Positions 1 through 9,121 of a DNA stretch of 64,000 bases are shown one piece after another. The notes beneath the pieces were generated by a model. It was not told the origin of the DNA, ran no database searches, and saw nothing but the letters and a program-made list of their open reading frames with translations. Origin of the DNA: Chryseobacterium gleum (GTDB lineage: Bacteria > Bacteroidota > Bacteroidia > UBA10329); the NCBI GenBank assembly GCA_945903645.1, contig CAMDOM010000002.1, forward strand, positions 36,237-100,236. Direction: 5' to 3'. Within the stretch, counting starts at the first letter, position 1. Each line of letters begins with the position of its first letter. Both the position numbers and the translations under genes were made by a program.

Positions 1-741
1 GTGCATTTCTATCAGATGATAGATGTGCTCATTATGGATGACGTTCAGTTTTTGGCGGGTAAGGAAAAAACTCAAGATGTGTTCTTCCATATCTTCAATC
101 ATTTGCACCAAAGTGGTAAGCAACTGGTGCTTACCAGCGACAAAGCGCCTGTTGAAATGCAAGGGATGGAGCAACGTTTGCTTTCCAGATTTAAATGGGG
201 TTTGGCAGCCGATCTTTCTGTGCCAGAATTGGAAACGCGTATCGCCATACTTCGCAAAAAGAGCTATTTGGATGGTGTTGAACTGCCCGAAGATGTGATT
301 GAATATCTTGCGTATAGCATTAGCACCAATGTGCGCGAACTTGAAGGAGCTTTAATCTCCTTGTTGGCACAGGCATCTATGAACAAGAAATCCATCAACT
401 TGGACTTGGCCAAGCAGATGATTGACAAGTTTGTTAAGAACACAGCACGCGAAATTTCAATAGACTACATCCAAAAAGTAGTAAGTGACTATTTCGATAT
501 GCCTATTGAGCTATTGAAATCGAAAACACGTAAGCGCGAAGTAGTTCAAGCACGTCAAATTGCCATGTATTACGCTAAAAATCACACGAAAGCATCGTTG
601 GCATCTATTGGCGCTCATTGCGGTGGAAAAGACCACGCCACCGTATTGCATGCCTATCGTACGGTGAATAACCTTATCGAAACTGACAAACAGTTTAGAG
701 GCTACATCTCCGATTTGGACAAAAAGATTCGGCATCATTGA
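1..741 (+). CDS. dnaA: Chromosomal replication initiator DnaA, C-terminal part (5' truncated by window)
   Basis: Walker B IMDDVQF, RL.SRF.WGL, NVRELEGAL, domain IV signature GGKDHATVLHA. Confidence 0.98.
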   Translation: MHFYQMIDVLIMDDVQFLAGKEKTQDVFFHIFNHLHQSGKQLVLTSDKAPVEMQGMEQRLLSRFKWGLAADLSVPELETRIAILRKKSYLDGVELPEDVIEYLAYSISTNVRELEGALISLLAQASMNKKSINLDLAKQMIDKFVKNTAREISIDYIQKVVSDYFDMPIELLKSKTRKREVVQARQIAMYYAKNHTKASLASIGAHCGGKDHATVLHAYRTVNNLIETDKQFRGYISDLDKKIRHH

Positions 742-1202
742 GCCAGAAGATTCCTAGAATCCTCATGGTGTGCTTAGGCAATATTTGCCGCAGCCCTATG
801 GCAGAAGGAATTCTTAAACACAAGGCTCAAAAGCTTGGAATTAAAGTAGTTGTTGATAGTGCTGGCACTTCTGACAATCATGAAGGAGAAGGCCCGCATT
901 TTCGTGCAATAGCAGAGATGCAATTGCATGGCATTGATATTTCCTATCAACGTTCGAGACCATTTACCGTGAAAGATTTTGATTTGTTCGACCACATTTT
1001 AGTGATGGACAAATCGAATAGAGTTGATGTGCTGAACTTGGCTAGAAATGAGAACGACCGCCAGAAAGTGGAACTTATTCTCAACTATTGCGAGCCACAA
1101 CAAAATCGTTCCGTTCCAGACCCGTACTATGACCACACGTATAGCCGTGTGTTTGATTTGGTAAACAAGGCCTGCGATGAATTTCTTTTAACGCTGAACT
1201 AG
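738..1202 (+). CDS. Low molecular weight protein-tyrosine phosphatase
   Basis: P-loop VCLGNICRSP, DSAGT and DPYY motifs; TTG start overlaps dnaA stop by 4 nt. Confidence 0.93.
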   Translation: MSQKIPRILMVCLGNICRSPMAEGILKHKAQKLGIKVVVDSAGTSDNHEGEGPHFRAIAEMQLHGIDISYQRSRPFTVKDFDLFDHILVMDKSNRVDVLNLARNENDRQKVELILNYCEPQQNRSVPDPYYDHTYSRVFDLVNKACDEFLLTLN

Positions 1203-1204
1203 AA

Positions 1205-1906
1205 ATGGGAACGCTATTTCTTATTCCCGTTGATTTGGGCGAAGCCAACAATGCACTGCTCTTCCCATCCTTCAATTTGGAACTGTTGGACAAGCTGAAT
1301 CACATTGTGGTCGAAAACGAAAAATCGGCCCGAAGATTTATTCGCTCTGTGGGCAACAAGCGCAACTTCGAACATCTGAACCTCATTCTTCTTGATAAGC
1401 ATACCAAACGCGACCAGCTATCAGAGGCTGTGCAGCTATTGTTAGCAGGCACAGATGTTGGGCTTATGTCCGAAGCTGGATGTCCGGGTGTAGCCGATCC
1501 AGGGCAAATATTAGTTGCAGAAGCGCATCGCTATAATATCAAGGTGAAACCATTGATAGGCCCATCTTCCATTCTGCTTGCCATGATGGCTTCGGGATTG
1601 AATGGACAGCATTTTTGCTTTAATGGTTATCTTCCTATAGATAAAACTGAACGCGCCAAAGCGCTGCGCAACTTGGATGCTTCCGTGCAGAAAACGAAAC
1701 AGACCCACGTTTTTATTGAAACGCCTTATCGCAACCAAGCCATGCTGGGTGAGATACTGCGGACATGCTCCCCTTCTACCCTACTATGCATTGCTGTAGA
1801 TGTAACGCAAAGCACCGAAAGCATTCATACGCTTCGTGTGGACGAATGGAAGGCCGTGAAGATTGACCTTCAAAAAAGACCATGTATCTTTCTTCTTGGT
1901 CAGTGA
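1205..1906 (+). CDS. RsmI-like tetrapyrrole-methylase-fold SAM-dependent methyltransferase
   Basis: GLMSEAGCPGVADPG, PLIGPSS, F.F.GYLP, FIETPYRN motifs. Confidence 0.88.
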   Translation: MGTLFLIPVDLGEANNALLFPSFNLELLDKLNHIVVENEKSARRFIRSVGNKRNFEHLNLILLDKHTKRDQLSEAVQLLLAGTDVGLMSEAGCPGVADPGQILVAEAHRYNIKVKPLIGPSSILLAMMASGLNGQHFCFNGYLPIDKTERAKALRNLDASVQKTKQTHVFIETPYRNQAMLGEILRTCSPSTLLCIAVDVTQSTESIHTLRVDEWKAVKIDLQKRPCIFLLGQ

Positions 1907-3143
1907 TTGGCTAATTGGGGCCGAATTCTTCTAACGTACAAATCCACTAGCATCCATCCTGAAAAAAGGACTGAGATTGCTATTGAAAACGGAAAGCTAT
2001 AGGTGAACCAGTCTTGAAAGTACGTGTAATAACACATATTGTAGATAACTACGAACATAATGAACCGCGCTATCTCCACAACATAGAACCACGGTTTGTT
2101 TTCCAATATGGCGCCAACAGAAAGGGTGCTCAAACAGATAAGGAAGAAGAAGGCAAGCTGATAAAAGAGAGAGAGATTTTCGAGCTGGCTCATGTATGCC
2201 ACCAAGAAATAGGTGAGCAAAAAGAACTGCAAAATCACGTAAATCATTAAATGTTTGGGGGTTAATGTGCGAAATTTCGGTTCGACACCACTAGTTTCAA
2301 CCTCACTTTTCACCTGACCTAACAGCCTTCCCAAATACTCAGGGCCTTTAAAAATAAGGGTCACTTTGTCTTTGAAGGAGTGCAAGCGCTTGCTTCCTTC
2401 CCACATCTCCACATAAAAATGAACGTTTGCCCAAACAGGATTCCAGCTTTTTAAAGGAGTAGTGATTCCATAGGTAGGTTCCACTTCTTCTTTCATAAAG
2501 GTGCCATGCAAGCGATCCCAAAGGATGAATGTAGCCGCATAGTTTTTATCCAAATAATGTGGATTGGTGGCATGATGAACGCGATGATGGCTTGGTGAAT
2601 TGAAGATGTATTCGAACCAACCCATGTTGCGAATCAATTTGGTATGTATCCAATATTGATAAATAGTAACCAAACCGGCCGCGCCTGCAAAAGTCATGGT
2701 ATCGAAGCCAAGAAATGGAATGGGCAAAAACAACGGGAATGCCAAGAAATTGTGGAACCAACTTTGGCGAAGGGCAACGGTTAAATTGTATTCCTCACTC
2801 TGATGATGCACAATGTGCGCACCCCAAAACACATTCCATTCATGTCCCCAACGATGTGCCCAATAATAAATGTAGTCGAAAAGAAGGATGCACAGAATGA
2901 AGTTGTACCACGTGAATTCCAAATGCCAAAACGCGAAATTTTTGGACAGATAATCATAGCCCATAGCAATCCCGCCTTGGTGAGCGAGCCTATGGCTTGG
3001 CTTCCAATACCAAGATTTAGGTTAGTGATGCTGTCGGCAAAGTCGAAATCCTTACCACGATGCTTGATATAATTGTGCAACCATTCTCCAATTACGGTGA
3101 AAAGAAAAAATGGAATGGCTAGTAGAATGTAGTTTGGATTCAT
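1900..3143 (-). pseudogene. Sterol desaturase / alkylglycerol monooxygenase (AGMO)-like membrane di-iron enzyme, split by a 1-nt frameshift near 2960 (real lesion or sequence error)
   Basis: N-terminus MNPNYILLAIPFF...DSITNLNLGI is in ORF 2781..3143. His boxes HRWGH, HIVHH, HHRVHH and DKNY are in ORF 1900..2964. One extra G in CTA-TGG-GC-TAT joins them as LLWGYDYLSKNF. Confidence 0.8.
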
Positions 3144-3300
3144 GGTATAAAGAAGGACTAGTTGCTTAGGACGAATTTAGCGTAAATACATTTTTGCAGG
3201 AGAAGCCTTAAGTGGATTTACTTCAGGTTTCAACTTTGTCAAACGAATCGAAACAGGTCAAAAATAATCTACATGCAACCTCCCACGTGAAATGGCGATG

Positions 3301-3308
3301 TACTTTTG
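3301..3308 (+). promoter_or_regulatory. Bacteroidota sigma-70 -7 element
   Basis: TACTTTTG matches TAnnTTTG, about 30 nt upstream of the esterase ATG. Confidence 0.55.
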
Positions 3309-3337
3309 TTTTTGAACAAACCCAATAGATACCAATT

Positions 3338-4477
3338 ATGAGTTTTAGAAATTTACTTACCGCTTGCATTATGATTGTTGCAGTTACTGCCGCAAACGCC
3401 CAAAACACAATTGATGCTGAATTGACTCATGATGGCCTTGTGCGTACCTATCGCTTATACATTCCTGCAGCCTATAATGCCGCTACGCCAGTTCCGTTAG
3501 TTCTTAATCTGCACGGCTATACCTCCAATAACTTGGAACAGGAGTTTTACGGGGATTTCCGTGCTATTGCAGATACTGCGAATTTCATTATCGTTCATCC
3601 AAACGGGACAGAAGATGCGAATGGCGACCAATTCTGGAGTTCGTTTGGTGTTAGTTCCATTGATGATGTTGGGTTTCTTTCGGCTCTTATTGATAAAATT
3701 CAGACCGAATACTCCATTGACCGCAACTGCATTTATAGCACAGGAATGAGCAATGGCGGGTTTATGAGTTATGAACTCGCTTGCCAGTTGAGTTACCGTA
3801 TTGCGGCTATTGCTTCGGTTACTGGCAGTATGGTTCAATCGCGATTTGATAATTGCAATGCCACTCATCCCACTCCAGTAATACAAATTCATGGTACAGC
3901 CGACCCAACAGTGCCGTACTTGGGCTTGCCTGCACAAACCTTTATGCCCATTGAAACATTGGTAGATGAATGGGTAGCATTTAACAATTGTGATCCCAAC
4001 CCTGTGGTGACCCAAGTGCCCAACACCAGCTTAACCGATGGTTGCACGGCCGAATTGCAGGTGTTTGAAAATGGTGATGATGGCACCACGGTAGAATTTT
4101 ACAAGGTTGTTGGAGGATTGCACACTTGGCCGGGCTCCGTATTTCAAGTAGTGGGCACCAACCAAGACTTCAGCGCTTCGCAAGCAATTTGGAGGTTTTT
4201 CAGAAAGTATAAGTTGGACATGTTTACCGGAATTTCAGAAACGACACAAGAGAAAACATTTACCGTTTATCCTAACCCATCAACAGGTATAATTGTATTG
4301 CAATTTGATAATGCCTCGAACCGCACTATAACCGCAAACAACGCTTTGGGGCAAGAAGTGATATCTCTAAAATGCACAAATGCAACCGCTCAAATGGAGC
4401 TATCGCAACCAGGTATTTATTCCATTTCGGTGATGGAAAACAACTTGCGTTCTACCAAAAAAGTAGTAGTGTATTAG
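3338..4477 (+). CDS. Secreted PHB-depolymerase/LpqC-family esterase with T9SS type A CTD
   Basis: Signal peptide, LHGY oxyanion region, GMSNGG nucleophile elbow, HGTAD, HTWPG; CTD VYPNPS...GIY...KKVVVY. Confidence 0.88.
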   Translation: MSFRNLLTACIMIVAVTAANAQNTIDAELTHDGLVRTYRLYIPAAYNAATPVPLVLNLHGYTSNNLEQEFYGDFRAIADTANFIIVHPNGTEDANGDQFWSSFGVSSIDDVGFLSALIDKIQTEYSIDRNCIYSTGMSNGGFMSYELACQLSYRIAAIASVTGSMVQSRFDNCNATHPTPVIQIHGTADPTVPYLGLPAQTFMPIETLVDEWVAFNNCDPNPVVTQVPNTSLTDGCTAELQVFENGDDGTTVEFYKVVGGLHTWPGSVFQVVGTNQDFSASQAIWRFFRKYKLDMFTGISETTQEKTFTVYPNPSTGIIVLQFDNASNRTITANNALGQEVISLKCTNATAQMELSQPGIYSISVMENNLRSTKKVVVY

Positions 4478-4492
4478 TAGGCAGCTGTCAAC

Positions 4493-5821
4493 TTATTTCT
4501 TCTTGGCTCCTCGCGTCAAAGGCTTTTTGAACTTAAGCTTGATGGTGCGCTTATACGACCCACCCAGATTTACCTTGCTGTTTTTAGCGCTTTTTTCATG
4601 AAACGCACCTTGCGAGGTTTTCAACACATCGGTTTGGGTATAGCGAATACCGGGGATGTAAGGTTTCTCGTCCTCAATAAGTACTTCGCTCATGGGTACG
4701 CCATTGGGAATTGCAAGCATTGGAATTTGGCGCTGCATTAAGGCTTGCACTTGAATTAGGGCTTCCTCTTCTTTATCGGTAGCGAATACGATGGCTACCC
4801 CGTCTTTGTCCGCGCGACCTGTTCTGCCAATACGATGAATAAAATCGGCAGCTTCTTGTGGAATATCAAAACAAACCACGTGGCTCACATCGGTAATATC
4901 CAACCCACGAGCCACTAAATCGGTGGCAATAAGAATTCTACTTTGGCCGGAAGCAAAGGCCCGTAGCGAACCGAAACGATAGTTTTGCGATTTGTTGGAA
5001 TGGATGATGCCCACCGCATTTGGAAAAAGCTCGTCCATGCTATCAAATAGTAAATCGGCTTGGCGCTTGCTATCAGCAAACACAAGCACCTTGGTCATGG
5101 TGGCGTCTTCGTTCAGCAGATGTTCGAGTAGGTTTATTTTGGAGTTGAAGTTGGGCAAACGGTAAAGGCGTTGCTCAATTTTATCGAGAGGAGTGCCCAT
5201 TGGAGCAGCTTCAATTTTGGCAGGATTGTCGAAACTTTGGGCAATGAGATCTTCAACTTCAGGCGTTATGGTGGCTGAGAACAGAAGGTTTTGTCGTCTT
5301 TCTGGAAGTATATCAAAAATGTTGGTGAGTTGGGTTTTGAAGCCCAAATCCATCATTTCGTCCACTTCGTCAATCACCAATTTTTGAATCGCTTTGAGGC
5401 GCAGAAAGCCTCCCACTGCCAAATCGAGCATACGACCCGGAGTGGCTACCAGAATGTCGAGACCATCGGTTACAATTACTTTTTGGGTATTCATATTGGT
5501 ACCGCCATATACCCCACCAACGCGCACATCCATATATTTGGTAAGCTTCCCTAGTTCGCCCACCACTTGCACTACCAATTCGCGGGTGGGAACAAGAATC
5601 AATACACGTGGGTCGTTTTTCTTACTAAATTCCAATTGGCGCAAAATAGGAAGCAAGTAAGCAATGGTTTTGCCCGTGCCTGTTTGGGCAATGCCTACCA
5701 CGTTTCGGCCTGCCATAACCACGGGAAACGCCCTGTGCTGAATGGTGGTGGGATGCTGCAAGCCCATATCGGTAAGGGCATTGAACAGCGGAGTGTTAAT
5801 ATTGAGGTCGGAGAAGGTCAA
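4493..5821 (-). CDS. DEAD-box RNA helicase
   Basis: AQTGTGKT, PTRELVVQ, TPGR, DEVD, FSAT, ARGLD, HRIGRTGR. Confidence 0.95.
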   Translation of the reverse strand: MTFSDLNINTPLFNALTDMGLQHPTTIQHRAFPVVMAGRNVVGIAQTGTGKTIAYLLPILRQLEFSKKNDPRVLILVPTRELVVQVVGELGKLTKYMDVRVGGVYGGTNMNTQKVIVTDGLDILVATPGRMLDLAVGGFLRLKAIQKLVIDEVDEMMDLGFKTQLTNIFDILPERRQNLLFSATITPEVEDLIAQSFDNPAKIEAAPMGTPLDKIEQRLYRLPNFNSKINLLEHLLNEDATMTKVLVFADSKRQADLLFDSMDELFPNAVGIIHSNKSQNYRFGSLRAFASGQSRILIATDLVARGLDITDVSHVVCFDIPQEAADFIHRIGRTGRADKDGVAIVFATDKEEEALIQVQALMQRQIPMLAIPNGVPMSEVLIEDEKPYIPGIRYTQTDVLKTSQGAFHEKSAKNSKVNLGGSYKRTIKLKFKKPLTRGAKKK

Positions 5822-5830
5822 CAGAGCGAA

Positions 5831-5851
5831 GGAATTAGGAATGAAGCATTA
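5831..5851. repeat. Degenerate heptamer tandem repeat (GGAATTA GGAATGA AGCATTA)
   Basis: Three 7-nt units just upstream of the helicase start. Confidence 0.35.
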
Positions 5852-6104
5852 TCGCGCAGCGCAGCAATAGAAACTAAATGAATTACAACCAAAGAGCGAC
5901 ACAGGTAGAAAAATTTGCGGTTGCAAAGGTGGGCAGGAAAGGGGAAAGAAGCTATAGGACGAAAATGGAGCGGTTGGTAGTTGATTTTTTTGTCTTTTCT
6001 GCACCGACAGAATTTATGAGCTGTGAAGATTCATTGGGGAATCATCTTAACGCATCACTGTAGGTTTTTGCTGGGGCTAATTGCTTTTTTCCAATTGTAT
6101 CTCC

Positions 6105-6137
6105 TGACATTGGTCGACTGTGACCAAGTCATTTTTT
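6105..6137 (+). promoter_or_regulatory. Inverted repeat followed by T-tract (operator or terminator-like) upstream of the oxidoreductase
   Basis: TGAC-A-TTGGTC-gactgt-GACCAA-GTCA then TTTTTT. Confidence 0.35.
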
Positions 6138-6203
6138 AGCAATAGACACAACCCCACATTTTGCGTTCCTTAGCACGCACATCCACCAAGTATCCCATAC
6201 CAC

Positions 6204-7829
6204 ATGAGTGTTGGAATTTCATTCAAGCGATTAGAAAAGAAAACCGGCTATGATGCCATTGTGATAGGCTCGGGGCTGGGCGGACTGGCTTACGCTGCAA
6301 TCATGGCCAAGATGGGCAAGAAGGTGCTGGTGCTGGAAAAGCACTATGTAGCGGGCGGTTTCACCCACGTGTTCAAGCGCAAGGATTATGAGTGGGATGT
6401 GGGCATTCACTATGTGGGCGAGATGCACCGCGAGTTCACATTTATGCGCTATCTCTTCGATCATATCACCGATTGCGAACTAAAATGGGAGGAGATGGAC
6501 GAGGTGTATGACCGCGTGGTGATCGGGGAGAATGTCTATGATTTCAAGAAGGGCTACGAGAATTTTGTAGGGATGCTTTATGCGCGGTTCCCGGGTGAAG
6601 AGCAGGCCATAGACCGCTATGTTGAGCTAGTGCGTAGGAGCTCTGGACTAGGCAAGAATTTCTTTAAGGAAAGGATATTGCCTCCGTTTCTGAGCAAAAT
6701 TGCTGGGCCGTTTATGACCAAGAAATACCTGGAGTTGAGCGACCGCACTACTAAGGATGTGCTAGACGAACTGACCGACAATGTAGAGCTGAAGGCTGTG
6801 CTTTCGGCACAGTATGGCGACTACGGCTTGCCGCCTGGCGAGGGAAGTTTTGCTATACAAGCAGTGGTAAACAAGCACTACTGGAACGGGGGCAGCTTCC
6901 CCGTTGGCGGCTGCGAACGCATTGCAGAGACCATTGCACCAGTGATAGAGAAGACTGGAGGGCAAATCGCTGTTCGGGCTGGAGTGGAAGAGATATTGGT
7001 GAAGGATGGCAAGGCTTATGGCGTGCAGATGGAGGACGGTTCGACACTCGAAGCACCCGTCATTGTTAGTAACGCAGGCTATCTAAACACCATGGCGCGG
7101 CTCTTATCTCCACAGGTGCAAAAGCAGATTGGGTTTAAACTGGAGGATGCTCCCAAACCGAGCGTTTCGCATGTGTGCCTCTACATCGGGCTGAAGGGCG
7201 ACCTGCGCGAAATGGGCATAGCCAGCACCAACTATTGGGTGTATGCCCACAACGACCACGACCGAAGTGTGAAGGAGTATCTGGCCGACCCATCGAAGCC
7301 ATTCCCCATCACCTACATCTCGTTCCCGTCCATGAAAGACCCCGAGTGGCCGCAGCGCTATCCGGGCAAGAGCACCATAGAGATGATAACACTCGCGCCC
7401 TACGAGTGGTTCTCCAAATGGGAGGACACCCGCTGGCACCACCGTGGTGAGGACTATGAGGCATTCAAGGAGCAGTATGCGCAACGCTTGCTAGGCGAAC
7501 TCTACCGCCAGTTCCCGCAATTGGAAGGCAAGATTGACTATTACGAGCTATCTACTCCTCTCACCACGGCTCATTTCGTTAACTACAGGGATGGAGAGAT
7601 ATACGGACTAGACCACAGCCCTGCACGGTTCCGCAATCCAAATCTTCGGCCGCGCACGCCCATCAAAAACCTTTACCTGACTGGGCAAGATATTGTGACG
7701 TGCGGTATTGGCGGTGCGCTGATGAGCGGATTGCTGACCGCAGCAGCTGTTAGCGGTAAAATTTTTATTACCGAGAACATTGTGAAGGAGGTGGATAAGA
7801 AGCGGGCGGAGAAGTTGATAAACACATAA
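6204..7829 (+). CDS. Phytoene desaturase family FAD oxidoreductase, retinol saturase (all-trans-retinol 13,14-reductase)-like
   Basis: IVIGSGLGGL Rossmann motif, EKH..AGG..H.F, WDVGIHY, FPS.KDP, STPLT, GEIYGLDH, LYLTGQD. Confidence 0.88.
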   Translation: MSVGISFKRLEKKTGYDAIVIGSGLGGLAYAAIMAKMGKKVLVLEKHYVAGGFTHVFKRKDYEWDVGIHYVGEMHREFTFMRYLFDHITDCELKWEEMDEVYDRVVIGENVYDFKKGYENFVGMLYARFPGEEQAIDRYVELVRRSSGLGKNFFKERILPPFLSKIAGPFMTKKYLELSDRTTKDVLDELTDNVELKAVLSAQYGDYGLPPGEGSFAIQAVVNKHYWNGGSFPVGGCERIAETIAPVIEKTGGQIAVRAGVEEILVKDGKAYGVQMEDGSTLEAPVIVSNAGYLNTMARLLSPQVQKQIGFKLEDAPKPSVSHVCLYIGLKGDLREMGIASTNYWVYAHNDHDRSVKEYLADPSKPFPITYISFPSMKDPEWPQRYPGKSTIEMITLAPYEWFSKWEDTRWHHRGEDYEAFKEQYAQRLLGELYRQFPQLEGKIDYYELSTPLTTAHFVNYRDGEIYGLDHSPARFRNPNLRPRTPIKNLYLTGQDIVTCGIGGALMSGLLTAAAVSGKIFITENIVKEVDKKRAEKLINT

Positions 7830-7838
7830 TAAAGGCAA

Positions 7839-8861
7839 GTGAACACAGGTACTTTATCTCATCGTTTTGTGATTGCTGCAATGTACAGACAAAGCTTTGA
7901 CACGGTAGCAAGTTTTGGGCACGACAAGGCAGCGATGTATCGCGAAGCAGGCTTCAACTTAGACGATTATCCACCCGAATACCGACTAAATCCTGAAAAG
8001 TATAGCGATATATTTTGGCGCGACCTCACCAAACGCATTCCAGAACATGAAATCGCTTTTCGTATCATGGAGCGATTCAATATGGGCGTGTTTGGTGTAG
8101 CTGGCTACGTGATTGTAAACTCACCCAATTTCATTACAGCGTTTGAGAATTTTGAGCGTTATACCCATCTGCACACAGATCAATATCATCTTCATGTGCA
8201 GCAAGATCCCCAATATGTGCGGCTTTACTTCGACCGTATGGCAGCCCCAATGTATGCTGACAAATTCAACATTCCTATGTATGTGTTGGGATTTACCATG
8301 AATATTCTGAAACTGATGCCGGGTAAGGTGCTGCCCCTAGAAGTGCATTATGAGTTTGATGCACCAGAATTTATGGATGAATATGATGCGCTATTTGGAA
8401 CAACTACCCGTATCTTTTTCAACGCGCAACGGAATATGATGGTGTATGATGGTAAGCTTGCCAATGTGCCCCTGCTGAATGCCAACGAACAGCTGTATGC
8501 CATGTTCGACCGTATGGCCACCGAAAGTTTGCAGCAGGTGAAAGGCGAAGGTGCCACTACCTTATTGGTGAAAAAAGAACTCAGCAGGCGAATCAAAGGC
8601 CAATTGCCTACTATTGAACAACTGGCTTCAGACCTCAATATGAGTGTGCGTAGCCTCCAAACACGGTTGCAAGCCGAGCATGTCAGTTTTCGTAATCTCA
8701 CCAACGAGGTACGCAGAGATATGGCTATCGCCCACCTGCGCACAGGCGCACTAAACATTGGCGAAATCGCCTTTCTACTGGGGTTTAATGAAATCAGCTC
8801 CTTCTCCTCGGCATTCCGCAAATGGACAGGCAGTGCGCCATCGGCCTACCTAGTCGTCTAA
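7839..8861 (+). CDS. AraC family regulator with N-terminal ligand-binding domain (OruR/VqsM-like)
   Basis: C-terminal LNMSVRSLQ.RL and EIAFLLGF.EISSFS.AFRKWTG.AP. Confidence 0.92.
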   Translation: MNTGTLSHRFVIAAMYRQSFDTVASFGHDKAAMYREAGFNLDDYPPEYRLNPEKYSDIFWRDLTKRIPEHEIAFRIMERFNMGVFGVAGYVIVNSPNFITAFENFERYTHLHTDQYHLHVQQDPQYVRLYFDRMAAPMYADKFNIPMYVLGFTMNILKLMPGKVLPLEVHYEFDAPEFMDEYDALFGTTTRIFFNAQRNMMVYDGKLANVPLLNANEQLYAMFDRMATESLQQVKGEGATTLLVKKELSRRIKGQLPTIEQLASDLNMSVRSLQTRLQAEHVSFRNLTNEVRRDMAIAHLRTGALNIGEIAFLLGFNEISSFSSAFRKWTGSAPSAYLVV

Positions 8862-8876
8862 TTCCATTTTTTTTCG

Positions 8877-8943
8877 CTGCGCAATTGCGCAAACCTTCTG
8901 CGTCTTTCCACAAACGAATTGGATTGCGGAGGAAGAACCTTTG
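8877..8943 (+). promoter_or_regulatory. Putative AraC-activated promoter: two 18-nt direct repeats at 21-bp period plus -7-like element
   Basis: CTGCGcaaTTgcgCAAAC (8877-8894) and CTGCGtctTTccaCAAAC (8898-8915); AACCTTTG at 8936-8943. Confidence 0.55.
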
Positions 8944-8969
8944 TAGCCGTCAAACAAATATCGACAGCT

Positions 8970-9077
8970 ATAAATAGGAATTTTACAGCAAAATATGGCC
9001 CTTGGGCAGTAGTCACTGGGGCGTCATCGGGCATTGGGCTTGCATGGGGTAGAATGACACGCCATCAAACATCCTAA
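8970..9077 (+). pseudogene. Remnant N-terminus of a short-chain dehydrogenase/reductase
   Basis: Manual translation INRNFTAKYGPWAVVTGASSGIGLAWGRMTRHQTS*; classic SDR TGASSGIG motif; first codon ATA; rest of gene absent. Confidence 0.8.
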
Positions 9078-9121
9078 CCTTTCTTTTTCTCCACTAAAAC
9101 CCTTTCAAAAATCCATTTACC

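Noticed and set aside
1-1900. oriC or dnaA-dnaN cluster next to dnaA
   Set aside because: Genes downstream of dnaA abut with no intergenic space or DnaA-box cluster; the upstream side is outside the window. A dnaA not followed by dnaN is ordinary in Bacteroidota.
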